From Nitrosopumilaceae archaeon (GTDB lineage: Archaea; Thermoproteota; Nitrososphaeria; Nitrososphaerales; Nitrosopumilaceae): a stretch of DNA of 64,000 nucleotides. A program made the translations under genes and the position numbers. Each line of letters starts with the position of its first letter. Position 1 is the stretch's first letter. Location of the stretch: NCBI GenBank assembly GCA_965214835.1, contig CBDCCK010000002.1, positions 3,104,001-3,168,000 on the forward strand, read 5' to 3'. A model generated the notes under the pieces. It made no database searches, had not been told where the DNA came from, and saw nothing but the letters and a program-made list of their open reading frames with translations. Shown here piece by piece: positions 1-10,892 of this stretch.

Positions 1-724
1 CTTTGGGTTTTTGTAGATCTCTTCAGATGAGCCAAACTCGACAATTTCTCCGCCATACATTATCCCAACGACATCTGAAATCTCCGAAAGTACTGCTAGG
101 TCGTGCGTAATCAGCATAAAAGACATGCCGTCTTTTTTGAGTTTTTTTTAGCAGATTGATTATCTGAGCCTGGATTAGAACGTCTAGAGCCGTTGTCGGC
201 TCATCGGCAATAACAAGATGGGGTTTGAGAAGCAGAGCCATTGCAACGGTTACGCGCTGCTTCATCCCACCACTAAGCTCATGCGAGTATTTTTTGAGAA
301 CGGTGCAGTCCAGACTGACCGAGTCCATTGCGTCGGCAATCACGTGCTTTGAATCACCTGAAAAATTGTGTTGTTTTAGAATCTCCTCGAACTGTTCTTG
401 TATGGTAAAAACCGGATCAAGGGAATTCATCGCGCCCTGAAACACCATGGAGATTTTCTTCCACCTGTATTCAGAGTCAAACTTTGACTCATCCATGTCC
501 AGGATCGATTTGCCGCCTCCAATTGAGACCTTGCCTGCCGTAGTACCGCCTTGGAGCATTCGAATTATCGATAGTCCCAGTGTACTCTTGCCACACGCGC
601 TTTCTCCTGCAATTCCAATCTACTGTCCCTGTTATAGGGTAAAATCAACATCATCAACAGCATATACAGGGCCATCAGCGGAGTTGTACCTTACAGACAA
701 TCCTTTGACTGTGAGAAAGTCCAT
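1..724 (-). pseudogene. Oligopeptide/dipeptide ABC transporter ATP-binding subunit (DppD/OppD-like), disrupted, runs off the window edge
   Basis: Walker A GESACGKST, signature LSGGMKQR, Walker B IIADEPTTALD. Two in-frame stops near the 5' end (DFTL*QGQ*IGIAGES) and a frameshift at the homopolymer run near 130-150. Confidence 0.85.
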
Positions 725-1125
725 AGTCTTGTTGGAAAGGACTAGGATTTTTGCTTTGCACTAGGGAGACAGACAACACGCCCAGAACGACAAAGGTCGG
801 TTTAAGATGGGGGGCTCCCAGTCTGTGGTTTTGATGCAAAAAACATACTCTGTCCTCAACGTGAGGGCAAAGTCAGTGACTGAACACTAGCGCAAGCAGG
901 CAGCAGCTCGGGCTCGGAGTTCAGGCGTGGATTTCACCGCCGGAGGCTTTCGCAGATGCCCTGTATTTGGCCAAAAACGACATCCCGGCCATCCGCCAAG
1001 GCAGAAACCCTGCGCGGGCGGACTCCAAGAGCGGTTCAGGGGTAAAATATGGCTTGAGGCCGACAAGAGATTCATCGATGGCCTGTTTTTCCCCGACCTG
1101 GATTTTGTCAATCATCCCAGTCTGG

Positions 1126-1539
1126 GCAGGAGAGAAGATTGAATTCGGGGATGATTTGCTGGATTCACATCTCAGAATTATCGGCGGGAATCATCCAGGA
1201 CTCTTCTTTTTGACTGACTGGCCAGTGAGGCTCAAGTCATTTTACATCAGGGAAAAAGACGAGGATCCGGAACTGTCACGCTCATTTGGCCTGCAGTATG
1301 GATATCTGGAGTTGTCATCCGGCGGGACCAGACTCCACAATCCAGATACCAAGTGCGCCCAAAGGAGCAGGGCTTGGATCCCGTAGTTCCAAGACCATCC
1401 AAAGGCCTTTGATTGGGGAATGCCTCCGCATTCAGGCTGGGGCATGGGACTAGACAGGTTGCTGACCACGCTGGTTGGCATTGACAATGTACGTGAAGTT
1501 GTGCTGTATCCAAGGGATCCCGGCAGGCTGAAGCCTTGA
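1126..1539 (+). pseudogene. aspS: Aspartyl-tRNA synthetase C-terminal fragment, frameshifted
   Basis: FFLTDWP..KSFY, LELSSGGTRLHNP, then in other frames KEQGLDP and KAFDWGMPPHSGWGMGLDRLL..NVREVVLYPRDP (class II motif 3). The N-terminal part is absent. Confidence 0.85.
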
Positions 1540-1568
1540 GTTTTGAGAAAGACGTGTGCACTCGGCTG

Positions 1569-4500
1569 CTACCCGGTGTAGGTGATCTTGTAGTATATTC
1601 TGGAGGGCTGATCATCCTTGATTACAGACACGTCAAATGCGCCCATGGGCAACGGCTCGCCATCCAGTGCGGGCACAATTGAGAACTTTTCGAGTTTGGC
1701 ATCAGGCCCGCTGTACCGCACCATATACTGCGAGTCATCAAACGTCACAGTGGTAGATATGGCACCCGGGGCGCGGGTGGATTCGGATACCAGGCAGCCG
1801 GGGGCCTGGCCTATGACACAGGCCCCGCCAGGAGAATGCACCTGAAAGTTGACTGCCGGCTCCTCTCCCCTGGAGGGGGTGATCAGCATGCCGGAGAGCA
1901 CCCTGGGGATCAGCTCAAGTCCCCCGGAGGTCTTTGCCTCTGGCGCAATCGACACGCTTGAGTCAGGTATGCGGCTTGCCTTTTCGATTATTCTGGCGGG
2001 ACCGGGTTCGGGTTTTTCGGCCACGTCAAATGTCACGGACTTGGTATCAAAGCCGGCATCCACAACAATCTCATAAGAGCCGACGCTGTCGGTTTCGGGG
2101 ATGGCGTATGTGTGCGTAAATGCGGCAAGTGGATCCGGCTTCAGAATAGATATGGGACCGGCATGTCTTCCACAGTAAAACGATCCGCAGTAGACTTCAT
2201 GGTCGGATTGCTTGATCACACTGATGGCAAACTGCCCCAGATGCACTATCTTGCTTGGCCGTCCATCCAAAGTCAGGACGTCGCCGGGGTTGTAGGAGTC
2301 CTTGTCCAGGGTCAGGATCAACTCCGGATCCTCGCCGCCCTGAAGATAGCTTTCGGCCACCGAGAAACTCGTTTCTGCCCTCGCGTCATTATAGGATGCA
2401 CGAACCTTGAAGGCTCCCTCATGAAACAAAGAAGGAAGCAGATCAAACGCAGTTGAATAGTATCCGCCCTGATCAGGATAAACGGTCGCAGTGTGAATTG
2501 GGTTCAGGGGTACTCTGGTTGGCATGACCTCTACTGTAACCAACTCGGGAATGCCCAAGCCGTCATGAGTGGCGCCGCGCGGTACTACATATCCGGAAAC
2601 ATAAAGCTTGTCACCTGCCAGATAGACGGACTGGCCGGCGTCTACGGTGATGGGATCCCGATTCAGGGTGTCAGTCTCGGGATTTGCAGATACCTTAAAG
2701 GGCAGATTGGTGCGGATCCCTTCAGCCTCCAGGCCGATGCGATAAACCCCGAGATTGCCAGACTGGGCCGCCCGCTCATTGTCGGCACCGGGTACGACTG
2801 CCCGAGCCGGCGTATTCCAGCTCCAACTAAATGCGCCGCCATCCAGGCTTGCCTCAAACTTGTCGGTATCGCCGTCTGGCTTGTAGAGTGTGATTTGTAC
2901 GCTTCCGCCGCCTGCCGCCCGGATCCCAAGGCTTCCAGACAGTGTCAGCGTCTCTCCCAAGCCGTAGACCTCCTTGTCTAAAGATGCGTCAAGCCCAGTG
3001 CTTCCAGTGTCGGCAGGATCAACAACGGCAAATGAGGTCTGAGACTCGAATTTGTCATGCTGGGCAAGCACGGTATACACGCCCTCAGTGAAAAAGCTGC
3101 GGGTTATCTCGCTGTCAACTGAAAAGACTCCGGCCGGATCAGGTATGGCAGTAAAGTAGAGATCGATTCTGCTGTAAACGCTCCCTGTCAAGTCCTCAGG
3201 GCCCCCCACAAATGACAGTATCCTGCCACCAGAGTCCCTTATTTCAATATGTACGGGGTCGGCCTCAAAGGTACCCTGATAGTCCATTATAAGGCCAGAT
3301 ATCTTCAGGGGATCCCCGATGCCGTAGGATGCCTTGTCCACGGATACGATGAACGGATCGGTAACCTCAACGAATGTACCCGGATCCTCAACTATTGCAA
3401 ACTTGGTTGTAAACGTCCCAATCTCTCCGGATACTGTCACGCGATACTCGCCAAAGCTGGCAAAAGAGTCAGGAATTGGGACGCCATAGGAAAACGTTCC
3501 GTCGCCCTCCAGCCTAAGGGTGTCTAGAACCTTCAGTCCGGTGCCTCCGGCGGTGCCTGGCGCCAGGCTTGCAGAGCGCAGAATCTCAAGGGACAGCGCC
3601 GGGACGTGGTACATGTTTGAGCGTCCAGATATTTCCACGGTATCCCCCGGCCGGTAGACAGGCCTGTCGGTCTCTAGGGATACTATTGACGGATCCTTTT
3701 CGTCAGGGATCACCGAGAAGTAATGTTCTGCGTCCTGGGAGGAATACTCGGCCGCTATCTGATATGTGCCATAGACTGGAGACACGGTATCGATGAATAG
3801 CTCGGTGACAAAGTGGGACTGAGCCTCGCCGCCAGTGTTTGCACCGGGGCGTGGGAACAGAGTGCCCTCCTCAACGACGCTGCCGCCAGGATCCACTATG
3901 TTGAACCTTAGCCCCGCATATGGAACCTCCTCGGTTGTGGTAGCCGAGATTGTTGCAGTCTGGCCCGGAACATAAGAGTCAGAGTCCGTCTGGATTGAAA
4001 GCACGCCGGACTGCCTCTCGTGGACTGTAACTGCCGGGTGCCCTACAGAAAACTGCGCAGTGCCTATTTCGCCGGAATATTCTGCAGTGATGTTATAGGC
4101 TCCCTGCTTGACTCCCATGACCTCCTGCAGGGCCAGGGTTGTGGAGAACTCCAAAGAGGCGCCAGGGTACAGGGTTACTGTGCTTTGATAGTCCGGGCCG
4201 TCAACGGTAATCAAAATGAACTCCGGCAAAAAGGTGGGCTTTTCAACAAACACCCTCTCAGATACCGTGCCGGAGATGATGGCAGTCTCGCCAAGCACGT
4301 AGGAGGTCCGGTCAGAGCCGACGGTGATCAGGACGGGGGTTGGCTTAAAGACGGCCTCAACACTGCCGTTTGCTACCCCGGCAGTCGAGGTGGCAAAGAC
4401 CCAGTCAGAGGTAGAGTCGGAGTCCAAGCCGTCATAGACTCGCTGCCAGGAGCCATAACCGTCGACGGTGTCATACAGTGCGGGGGTCTTGTCGACAACG

Positions 4501-4853
4501 GTTCCCTGTGAGTCTCGAAGCTCTATGGACTCTGACAGATCAGAGAACCAGGTGGGCTGGTATGAAAAAATCTGGTACTGTCCCGGCTTTAGCTCAAAGA
4601 CGGGCGGGATTGTCAGGGTTTTTTTGAAGACGACAGTTGATGCAATCTCCCATCCTCCGATGTCTACCGGTTCGGTGGTGGGATTATAGATCTCAACCCA
4701 TTCCGCAGCAGACTGCGCGTCATCTCCTGGGGGGTTGGTGTCAACCTCGTTGATTACCACATGATCTGCAAGCTCCAGTGCATGCGAGTCGGCATGCAGC
4801 AGGGAGGAGAATGCCACAGCCAGTGCCAGCAATAATACAGCCCGGGTTTTCAT
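1569..4853 (-). CDS. Large secreted/surface protein with N-terminal lamin-tail domain and repeated beta-sandwich (MG2/Ig-like) modules
   Basis: Signal peptide MKTRAVLLLALAV; VVINEVDTNP..EWVEIYNPT..VDIGGW (LTD); repeated DxxxYxxGxT module starts. Confidence 0.8.
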   Translation of the reverse strand: MKTRAVLLLALAVAFSSLLHADSHALELADHVVINEVDTNPPGDDAQSAAEWVEIYNPTTEPVDIGGWEIASTVVFKKTLTIPPVFELKPGQYQIFSYQPTWFSDLSESIELRDSQGTVVDKTPALYDTVDGYGSWQRVYDGLDSDSTSDWVFATSTAGVANGSVEAVFKPTPVLITVGSDRTSYVLGETAIISGTVSERVFVEKPTFLPEFILITVDGPDYQSTVTLYPGASLEFSTTLALQEVMGVKQGAYNITAEYSGEIGTAQFSVGHPAVTVHERQSGVLSIQTDSDSYVPGQTATISATTTEEVPYAGLRFNIVDPGGSVVEEGTLFPRPGANTGGEAQSHFVTELFIDTVSPVYGTYQIAAEYSSQDAEHYFSVIPDEKDPSIVSLETDRPVYRPGDTVEISGRSNMYHVPALSLEILRSASLAPGTAGGTGLKVLDTLRLEGDGTFSYGVPIPDSFASFGEYRVTVSGEIGTFTTKFAIVEDPGTFVEVTDPFIVSVDKASYGIGDPLKISGLIMDYQGTFEADPVHIEIRDSGGRILSFVGGPEDLTGSVYSRIDLYFTAIPDPAGVFSVDSEITRSFFTEGVYTVLAQHDKFESQTSFAVVDPADTGSTGLDASLDKEVYGLGETLTLSGSLGIRAAGGGSVQITLYKPDGDTDKFEASLDGGAFSWSWNTPARAVVPGADNERAAQSGNLGVYRIGLEAEGIRTNLPFKVSANPETDTLNRDPITVDAGQSVYLAGDKLYVSGYVVPRGATHDGLGIPELVTVEVMPTRVPLNPIHTATVYPDQGGYYSTAFDLLPSLFHEGAFKVRASYNDARAETSFSVAESYLQGGEDPELILTLDKDSYNPGDVLTLDGRPSKIVHLGQFAISVIKQSDHEVYCGSFYCGRHAGPISILKPDPLAAFTHTYAIPETDSVGSYEIVVDAGFDTKSVTFDVAEKPEPGPARIIEKASRIPDSSVSIAPEAKTSGGLELIPRVLSGMLITPSRGEEPAVNFQVHSPGGACVIGQAPGCLVSESTRAPGAISTTVTFDDSQYMVRYSGPDAKLEKFSIVPALDGEPLPMGAFDVSVIKDDQPSRIYYKITYTG

Positions 4854-4981
4854 ATCCTTACACTGAAGGCACGAAACGATCATTTTAGAGTGAAATTGAG
4901 TAAAAGTTGAGCTGGTTGTTAAAGTCGTATGCCTTTGACGCACAAGACCAGACAGCCTTTTTGCGTATTAAGGCGTGCTGA

Positions 4982-5230
4982 TCATTTATACCCGGCATCG
5001 CAGTTTGGGCATTTTTTGCCCGCCAGCCTGGCCCCGCACTCAGCACAAAGTCCCTGGCCGGCAGCGTCCATTATCTGGCGGCGCCTGCGTCCAACAAACA
5101 CCTTGACTCCAAAATATACCAAGAACGCGACTGCCAGAGCGTACCCTATTCCGATGAACGGGGACAGGCCCAGCATGAACATGATCGAGGCCCCGATCAG
5201 GACAAGGTCACGCCTTTCAAACTGCATCAA
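4982..5230 (-). CDS. Small membrane protein with C-terminal zinc ribbon
   Basis: Two hydrophobic helices; CAEC..CPNC. Confidence 0.7.
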   Translation of the reverse strand: MMQFERRDLVLIGASIMFMLGLSPFIGIGYALAVAFLVYFGVKVFVGRRRRQIMDAAGQGLCAECGARLAGKKCPNCDAGYK

Positions 5231-5474
5231 AGGACAGACCTGCGAATTTGATAAAAATCTATGCCGGAACTCAGAGCCATAAAGCGTTACTTCACCAAAA
5301 AGTCATTACTCTAACTCTTCTTCATCGTCCAGGCAGTACAGCATGCCCGGGCCGGGATAATAATTCTTTTTGGAGGGGCCCAGCTAAGTGAAAAGTACCC
5401 CAGATCCGGCGTCATGGAGGGGGCTTGGGCTCCCTGAGATACACCGCCATGCCCTCCTTGAACACCGGGCATTG

Positions 5475-6485
5475 TCATGACGTTTTGCACCCCGGATCCC
5501 TCGACAGAGCAGTGCCCTGGCAGTTATCCACTCGTTGAACAGTATCATCGAGTAGTAAAAGCACAGGCATCCTAGCGGCTAGGTCGACGGTCCGGGTCTT
5601 GGCCCTGCATTCTGTCTTGGCGTATCCTGTCTCGATTCCCCACCTTGAAGAGTACGACTCGATCCTGATCCCGGGCCGGTTCGCTGCAAACCCGATGAAC
5701 TTTTTCTCCGGCCTGTCCTCCTTTGATGTACCTACGGGCTTGCCGTCATCCCCGGGCTTTTTTCTCTCCGTTATTACAATCGAATACGTGGCAAAAGCCG
5801 TGCCGTTCTCGATTATATTCCTGGATGCCCCGGGCCTCTTATCGTCATCAAACTCGTTGAGTGCTGCGACTATATTGCCCGTGTTCATGCACGGCATCAG
5901 GAACTTGACATTTCTTTTCTGCAGCATGGCAATCACCTCAACTGAGAAGAACCCGCGGCCAGACAACAGGAGGCGCGCCTTGATGCCGGCCCGCTCAAGC
6001 CGGCCAAGGATCAAACCGGCAGATTCAGGCACGGAACCGGGCCTTTTTACGTGCAGCACGCCCAGTGTCAGGCCCAGCCCGTCGTCGACGCACTGTACGG
6101 TGACGTACCGCTCGGCGTATGTCGTCCCGTCCTTTTTCTTCTGACGCGACAGGTTCCCGTCGGGCCTTCTGTCATAGCGGGAGATCTTGTGCATGTCCAT
6201 TGCTATTGTCAGCCCGCACTTTGGAATCCTTCCGGCCCTGCTTAACCTTTCACGCTGCCGTTTTATCTGCGCCTCAAAGGCCTCCTGTGCGGCCTCCGAG
6301 GTGGTCGCCTTGATCCTGTAGGCGTGCCACCGGGCAGAGGAACCGGTGCCGCTTGTACGCGTCGTGGCGTTGATGCACCCGCCCACCGATGCGTCCATGA
6401 GGGCGCCGCGCATCATGCCGCGGTTCAGGTCGTCGATCCCGTATATGGCGTTGTGTTTCCCGGACATTCTGACGCAGGAAAGCAT
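5475..6485 (-). pseudogene. ISH3/IS4-like DDE transposase, probably inactive
   Basis: IAMDMH, LLLSGRGFFS (D of DRGF lost), YSSRWGIETGY; C-terminus frameshifted; homologous to 8493..9740. Confidence 0.8.
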
Positions 6486-6702
6486 TCCTTGTGTCCTCTA
6501 ACATATTGGTATATGCGTGGGTTGCCTTTAAGATCGCGACACTGTACGGCTTTTTGTTTGCTCAACGAAAACCACGGGGCCGCACCCCAATTGATCTGTT
6601 TGCATCTCCCAGTGTTGTCAGGATGGTCTAAATTCCTTGATTTTCTGCCTGGCTGGCGTCCTAGGAACCTTTTTCAAATCTTTAAAAACCCCCGTTCCCT
6701 AC

Positions 6703-6782
6703 TAGCCTGTTGCATAACCCCGATTTTAGGCACGAAAAACTGGCTGTTTTTACGCTTTCAGGCACGGTTATGCAACAGGCTA
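6703..6782. mobile_element. MITE family E (80 bp)
   Basis: TIR tagcctgttgcataacc/ggttatgcaacaggcta; 8-bp TSD TTCCCTAC (6695-6702, 6783-6790); second copy at 60685-60764. Confidence 0.85.
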
Positions 6783-6859
6783 TTCCCTACCATGCTTAGA
6801 GTAGTGGCCTTCGGCCACAGCGGAAAGCAACGCGGAGTTTCTCCCCTAGCTTTCCTTTT

Positions 6860-7700
6860 TTATGGAAATTTCTTCAGACCATAATTTCGGTAGGAACTGG
6901 TTTTAGGATTGTAATCGAATTTTGTTTCAATTTTTTTATAAATTTCATTCCAAGATTTCGTAGATTTATTGTCAGGGTTGCTTCCGGTTCTATGGTGTTT
7001 TCTAATCCCATATGCCATACAATCCACAAGCTGAGACAGATTTCTCCATTTAGAATCCGTGAAGAGAGGATCTTCAATGATGCATTCTAACTGGGAATGA
7101 ATCGTTCCATGTCTGAGCATATCAATCAGCTTGTTTCTCAATTTTTGATCTTTTACCGTGCCTTCGGTATCTAAAATCATGATACCGTATTCATATTGGA
7201 GTCCGTCATGAACGTTTACCATGTTTTTTCTTCTGATGAACATATTCAATCTTTCAATAAGCCTATACGCCCATTAGACTTTATGCGTAATCGACCTGAA
7301 TGAGATGAATTTGTTCCTAATAATCCTAGATCTGAACCGATTACGCATAAAGTCTATTGTTCAGCATCAACATTGTGGTACAGGTTGTTCTTTTCAATCA
7401 ATGAGGCAATTATCGTAATTTTAGTCGCATGGTCTGCCACAAAATTAAAAATATCATCCAGTATCTCAAAAATTTTATTCCAAGAAAGTGATTTGAAAAT
7501 TCCTCCCTATTCATCATGTCTTTGGCATGAAATTCCACTTTTTCGTCCGGTAAACTGGGAAAATGCTTCAGTTTGATTTGTTTAATCTTGTTATCAAGAT
7601 CTTGATAATTTTGTTCTTTGATTATCACAGATGCCAATGTGAAACTTTCAGGATCGGATTGCTCTGGCCTGCCAGATGCGTCCAAGTATATGATAAACAT
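6860..7700 (-). pseudogene. DUF3800-family protein, frameshifted and split by a MITE
   Basis: N-terminal IIYLDASG, EFHAKD; C-terminal SQLVDCMAYGI. Removing the MITE plus one ATT restores DAEQWAYRLIERLNMF in frame with the 6860..7249 ORF. Confidence 0.75.
7276..7355. mobile_element. MITE family A (80 bp, IS5-derived)
   Basis: TIR agactttatgcgtaatcg/cgattacgcataaagtct; 3-bp TSD ATT; further copies at 58160-58239 and 55097-55162; lone end near 19369. Confidence 0.85.
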
Positions 7701-7729
7701 GTATTGGGAATCACAATATTAGAAATAAG

Positions 7730-7821
7730 ATACGAGGTCACCTACCCCCATCAGTCAGGCACGAATTAGATGCATGATTGTGATTTTCGTGCCTAGCTAA
7801 CAAGGGGACGTGACCACATAC
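7730..7821. mobile_element. MITE family B (about 92 bp, IS66-derived)
   Basis: Ends (g/a)tacgaggtcacc...gtgaccacatac; 8-bp TSD GAAATAAG; inverted copy at 47238-47330; resembles the right end of the IS66 remnant near 57420-57484. Confidence 0.85.
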
Positions 7822-7843
7822 GAAATAAGTCTATTACCGCAGG

Positions 7844-8263
7844 CAGTAGTTCCGATTGTGGCCTGAAAATGCAGTAAAATGACAGGTTTTTCTGATCAAC
7901 CAGATCTATAGACGGGGGCCCGGCAGTACCTGCGTGCCAAAACGGGACAAGGCCGTTCAGCTGTGCGGACACAGGGAGCGCAAAATGTACCAGGCGGCCG
8001 TCTCGTCCATAGGCATGAGGTTCTCCGACAGACCCAACGCGATATACGGCAAGGCGGATGCCGCGGCTCTACTGGCAACGATGTCCAGGGAGCGCATGTG
8101 CGCCGAGCAGGCCTCGGAGACGCTCCGGGATTCTGCGGGCCGCAGCCCCGGCGCCGACTGGCTGCTTGGCAAGATGGGCCATATACGGTACGAGACGATG
8201 CACAGGAGGGCAGACCGGATCCTGGACAGGACGGTCAGGGATTCCATAAAGGGCCCGGCCTGA
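7844..8263 (+). pseudogene. ISH3-like element left end and transposase N-terminal fragment
   Basis: Starts cagtagtt like the 8462 element; ORF 7934..8263 (MRFSDRPNAIYG..PGADWLLGKMG) resembles the N-terminus of 8493..9740. Confidence 0.7.
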
Positions 8264-8461
8264 GGTTCTGTGTAAAATTGGGGATATGGAATTTCACCGG
8301 ATTCGGATTTTCCTTGGTTTGGTGGCCAGATCTCTAAGCCAGAGATGTTTGGAAATATGCATAATCTTGGACACCTGAAAGTGGGGGCTGTCGCCCAATT
8401 CCACTTATTTGACTCAACCTGCACATTTTTCTGAATTTCCGCCCTTTTACACGCCTGATCC

Positions 8462-9829
8462 CAGTAGTTGAAAATGTACCCCATAAATCCGTCTAGCCGG
8501 GATCATGCCGCCGTCGCCCCACCCCGATCCTGTCGGCATCCGGCGCACGGAGGCAGCACGAATACAGGACCACGGCATACATCAGAGTCAGCAGCGCCAT
8601 GACGCGGGTCTTTGGGTCTCCCGAGTCCCTCATTGTCAGCCATATGTTGCATACTGCAAGCGACATGTAAAACAAAAGCACACGCAGGACAGGATTCCTG
8701 CTGGTGGTCCGCGGCCTGACGCTCTTGGCACAGCGGTATCCGGTCTCTATGCCCCACCTGTTCCGGTACTCTCTTGTCACATGGCAGAACAGCTGCCGAT
8801 AGCTGCAGCAGCGCACCGTGGTCGCAAACACGTGGTATCTGTCAAAGACGTTCTTTGCCTTGGACCTTGAGATCTTCTTGATGACCAGCGTGAACGTGAA
8901 CTCTTTGCCGTCTGACGACCTCATGGTATACCTTGATACTGCCTTTCTCTTGCCGCGGGCGCGCTGCACTATGGCCCTCTTTATCCCCGGCGTCTTGACT
9001 GCGGGCATGATGAATGCAAACCCGGGTTCGGATATGGCATCCATTACATCGACCGAAAAGAACCCCCTGTCAAGCAGGATGATGCTGCGCCTTGACCCGA
9101 GCCTGGGCGTAATGCCCAGATCGGCGCATTTTTTGAGCATATTACGCACCAGATCGGCCTGTTTGTCGCCCTCGGTCACCATGCGGCAGGCCGTATGCAC
9201 GTCGGCGCCGGCCTTGGATGTCAGCTTGCATGTCATGTACTGCTCATAGTTGATGGTGCCCCTGTCGCGCTTTGACTTTACCAGGTGCTTTATGTCGGTT
9301 TTCTTGTCGTATCTGGGCAGCTTGGTCTCGTCTATGGCAAGGACAGGCGCCTTGTGGCTCCTTTGGAGGGAGCAAAGCTGCCTGCCCACCGCCTCGGCGG
9401 CCGTGTAATGCAGCATTGCATCGCACCTTTTCTCCATCGTGGACAGTCTTGCGTGCCCCAGCTTTGCAAGAAGCCAGGCCGAGCTGGGCACCGCGGCCCC
9501 GGCGCCTTCTGATGCAAGAAGTGCAAGCTTTTGGGCGGTATAGTGCGCACATGCGGAACGCTCCGACATGGATGCAATCAGGCGGGAGGCGTCTTCCAGG
9601 CCCCACATGGCGTTGTGTCTTGAGGAGAACTTGATTTTCAGCATGCCTACTGCGGTAACCAAGAATTTAAATCCGGCCTCACCGTACCTTGTGTGGTGTT
9701 TCTGTTGGGTTTGGTTCATTATCAAGGTAGACAGGAACACCGCTGTTTATAGCTCGATTGGTGAAAAAATCATGTCAACTTGTTCAAAACATTCAGACAC
9801 TTAAAAAGGGGGTACATTTTCAACTACTG
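8462..9829 (-). mobile_element. Complete ISH3-family (IS4-like) insertion sequence
   Basis: Perfect 21-bp TIR cagtagttgaaaatgtacccc; 5-bp TSD GATCC (8457-8461, 9830-9834). Confidence 0.9.
8493..9740 (-). CDS. ISH3-family DDE transposase, apparently intact
   Basis: LAIDET, LLDRGFFS, YRNRWGIETGYR motifs; lies between the TIRs. Confidence 0.88.
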   Translation of the reverse strand: MFLSTLIMNQTQQKHHTRYGEAGFKFLVTAVGMLKIKFSSRHNAMWGLEDASRLIASMSERSACAHYTAQKLALLASEGAGAAVPSSAWLLAKLGHARLSTMEKRCDAMLHYTAAEAVGRQLCSLQRSHKAPVLAIDETKLPRYDKKTDIKHLVKSKRDRGTINYEQYMTCKLTSKAGADVHTACRMVTEGDKQADLVRNMLKKCADLGITPRLGSRRSIILLDRGFFSVDVMDAISEPGFAFIMPAVKTPGIKRAIVQRARGKRKAVSRYTMRSSDGKEFTFTLVIKKISRSKAKNVFDRYHVFATTVRCCSYRQLFCHVTREYRNRWGIETGYRCAKSVRPRTTSRNPVLRVLLFYMSLAVCNIWLTMRDSGDPKTRVMALLTLMYAVVLYSCCLRAPDADRIGVGRRRHDPG

Positions 9830-9907
9830 GATCCATATGGCAACTCAATGTTTTTCAGGAATTCTGATGAATTAGGCAATAACCCACTTATTACCAGCAG
9901 ACTATGT

Positions 9908-9949
9908 TTAGTATGACTATTTATATTGGTCATGCCAATAGTCTGACTA
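9908..9949 (+). promoter_or_regulatory. TATA box flanked by an imperfect inverted repeat (candidate autoregulatory operator)
   Basis: ttagtatgacta-TTTATAT-tggtcatgccaa (9/12 IR match), plus palindrome tagtc-t-gacta at 9939-9949, upstream of a wHTH gene. Confidence 0.45.
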
Positions 9950-9962
9950 GTTAGGTGATGTT

Positions 9963-10892
9963 ATGGAATGGATCCCGTCGTGGGTAGCAAAATCCTACGC
10001 CAAACTATATGCAGAAAAGGATACGAGTTGGTTTGATTTCGAAACTGGCAAATCAGTACTCAAAATTGCAGACAAGAGGATTCTGTCCCTTAGGCTGACA
10101 AGGCTTGTGGAGGCAGGTTTTCTGACCTCAAAAAGGGATTCTGTTGATAGGCGGAAAAAATATTTCAGGCTGATACAACCCAACGATGCAATCTTCTCCT
10201 ATGGCATACGACTATCGTCATCATCAGAGGACGTCATGGACCGCCTGGCTGCTGCCTCCAAGCACGTGGATTTTGTGTTGGGTGGAAATTATGCTGCATA
10301 TGCCTACACCGGCTATGCAACACCGGGAAAGATAGACATCCATGCCAGTGAGAGGGACAAAGACAGGCTGATTTCACTTTTGTCTGATAAATCCACGTCC
10401 GTTTCTGTAGATGATCTGTTGTCTGAGAGGATCGCAAAAACAAACGTGCACATACACTCGTCTTTGACACCTGAGATGATGGATGACTCGACGGAGCTAG
10501 GCGGCATCAAGTATGTGAATCCGGAGGTTCTCGTGATAGAGGGACTCGTAGAACAGACAGAATTCCTACTTGCAGACGCCCTTGCCCTCTTGATCAAAAA
10601 AAGAGGGGAGCTTGACTTTGACTATTTGCTAAGAATTGCAAAAGGTGAGAATGTTCAAAGGGAGCTGGGGGCCTGTCTAGAGATGATAAACTCAGGGTCC
10701 GGAAGGGATCTTTTTGATGCGGATCTGATAAACAAGATACATTCAAGTACAGGCCCGTCAAGAAGAAGACTCTTTCCAAAAAACACCACGCAGGAAACCA
10801 AAAAGTGCTACGATCTTGCAGATAGGTGGAACCTGATAACTACCTTCGAGAGGGGGTTTGTCTCGAAAATAGTCATGGATTTGGCAAGATGA
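9963..10892 (+). CDS. Winged-HTH plus nucleotidyltransferase-like protein (AbiEi-like/type IV antitoxin candidate)
   Basis: LTRLVEAGFLTSKRDSVDRRKKYFRL (MarR-like wing); FVLGGNYAAYAY..KIDIHA (degenerate NTase motif). Confidence 0.6.
   Translation: MEWIPSWVAKSYAKLYAEKDTSWFDFETGKSVLKIADKRILSLRLTRLVEAGFLTSKRDSVDRRKKYFRLIQPNDAIFSYGIRLSSSSEDVMDRLAAASKHVDFVLGGNYAAYAYTGYATPGKIDIHASERDKDRLISLLSDKSTSVSVDDLLSERIAKTNVHIHSSLTPEMMDDSTELGGIKYVNPEVLVIEGLVEQTEFLLADALALLIKKRGELDFDYLLRIAKGENVQRELGACLEMINSGSGRDLFDADLINKIHSSTGPSRRRLFPKNTTQETKKCYDLADRWNLITTFERGFVSKIVMDLAR

Larger units (their letters stand above)
8264..9885. mobile_element. MITE family C copy (with 5' extension) split by an ISH3 insertion
   Basis: 8383-8461 joined to 9835-9885 reproduces the about 130-bp element ggggctgtcgcc..gaattaggcgacaacccc seen intact at 11744, 20028 and 46121. 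Confidence 0.8.
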
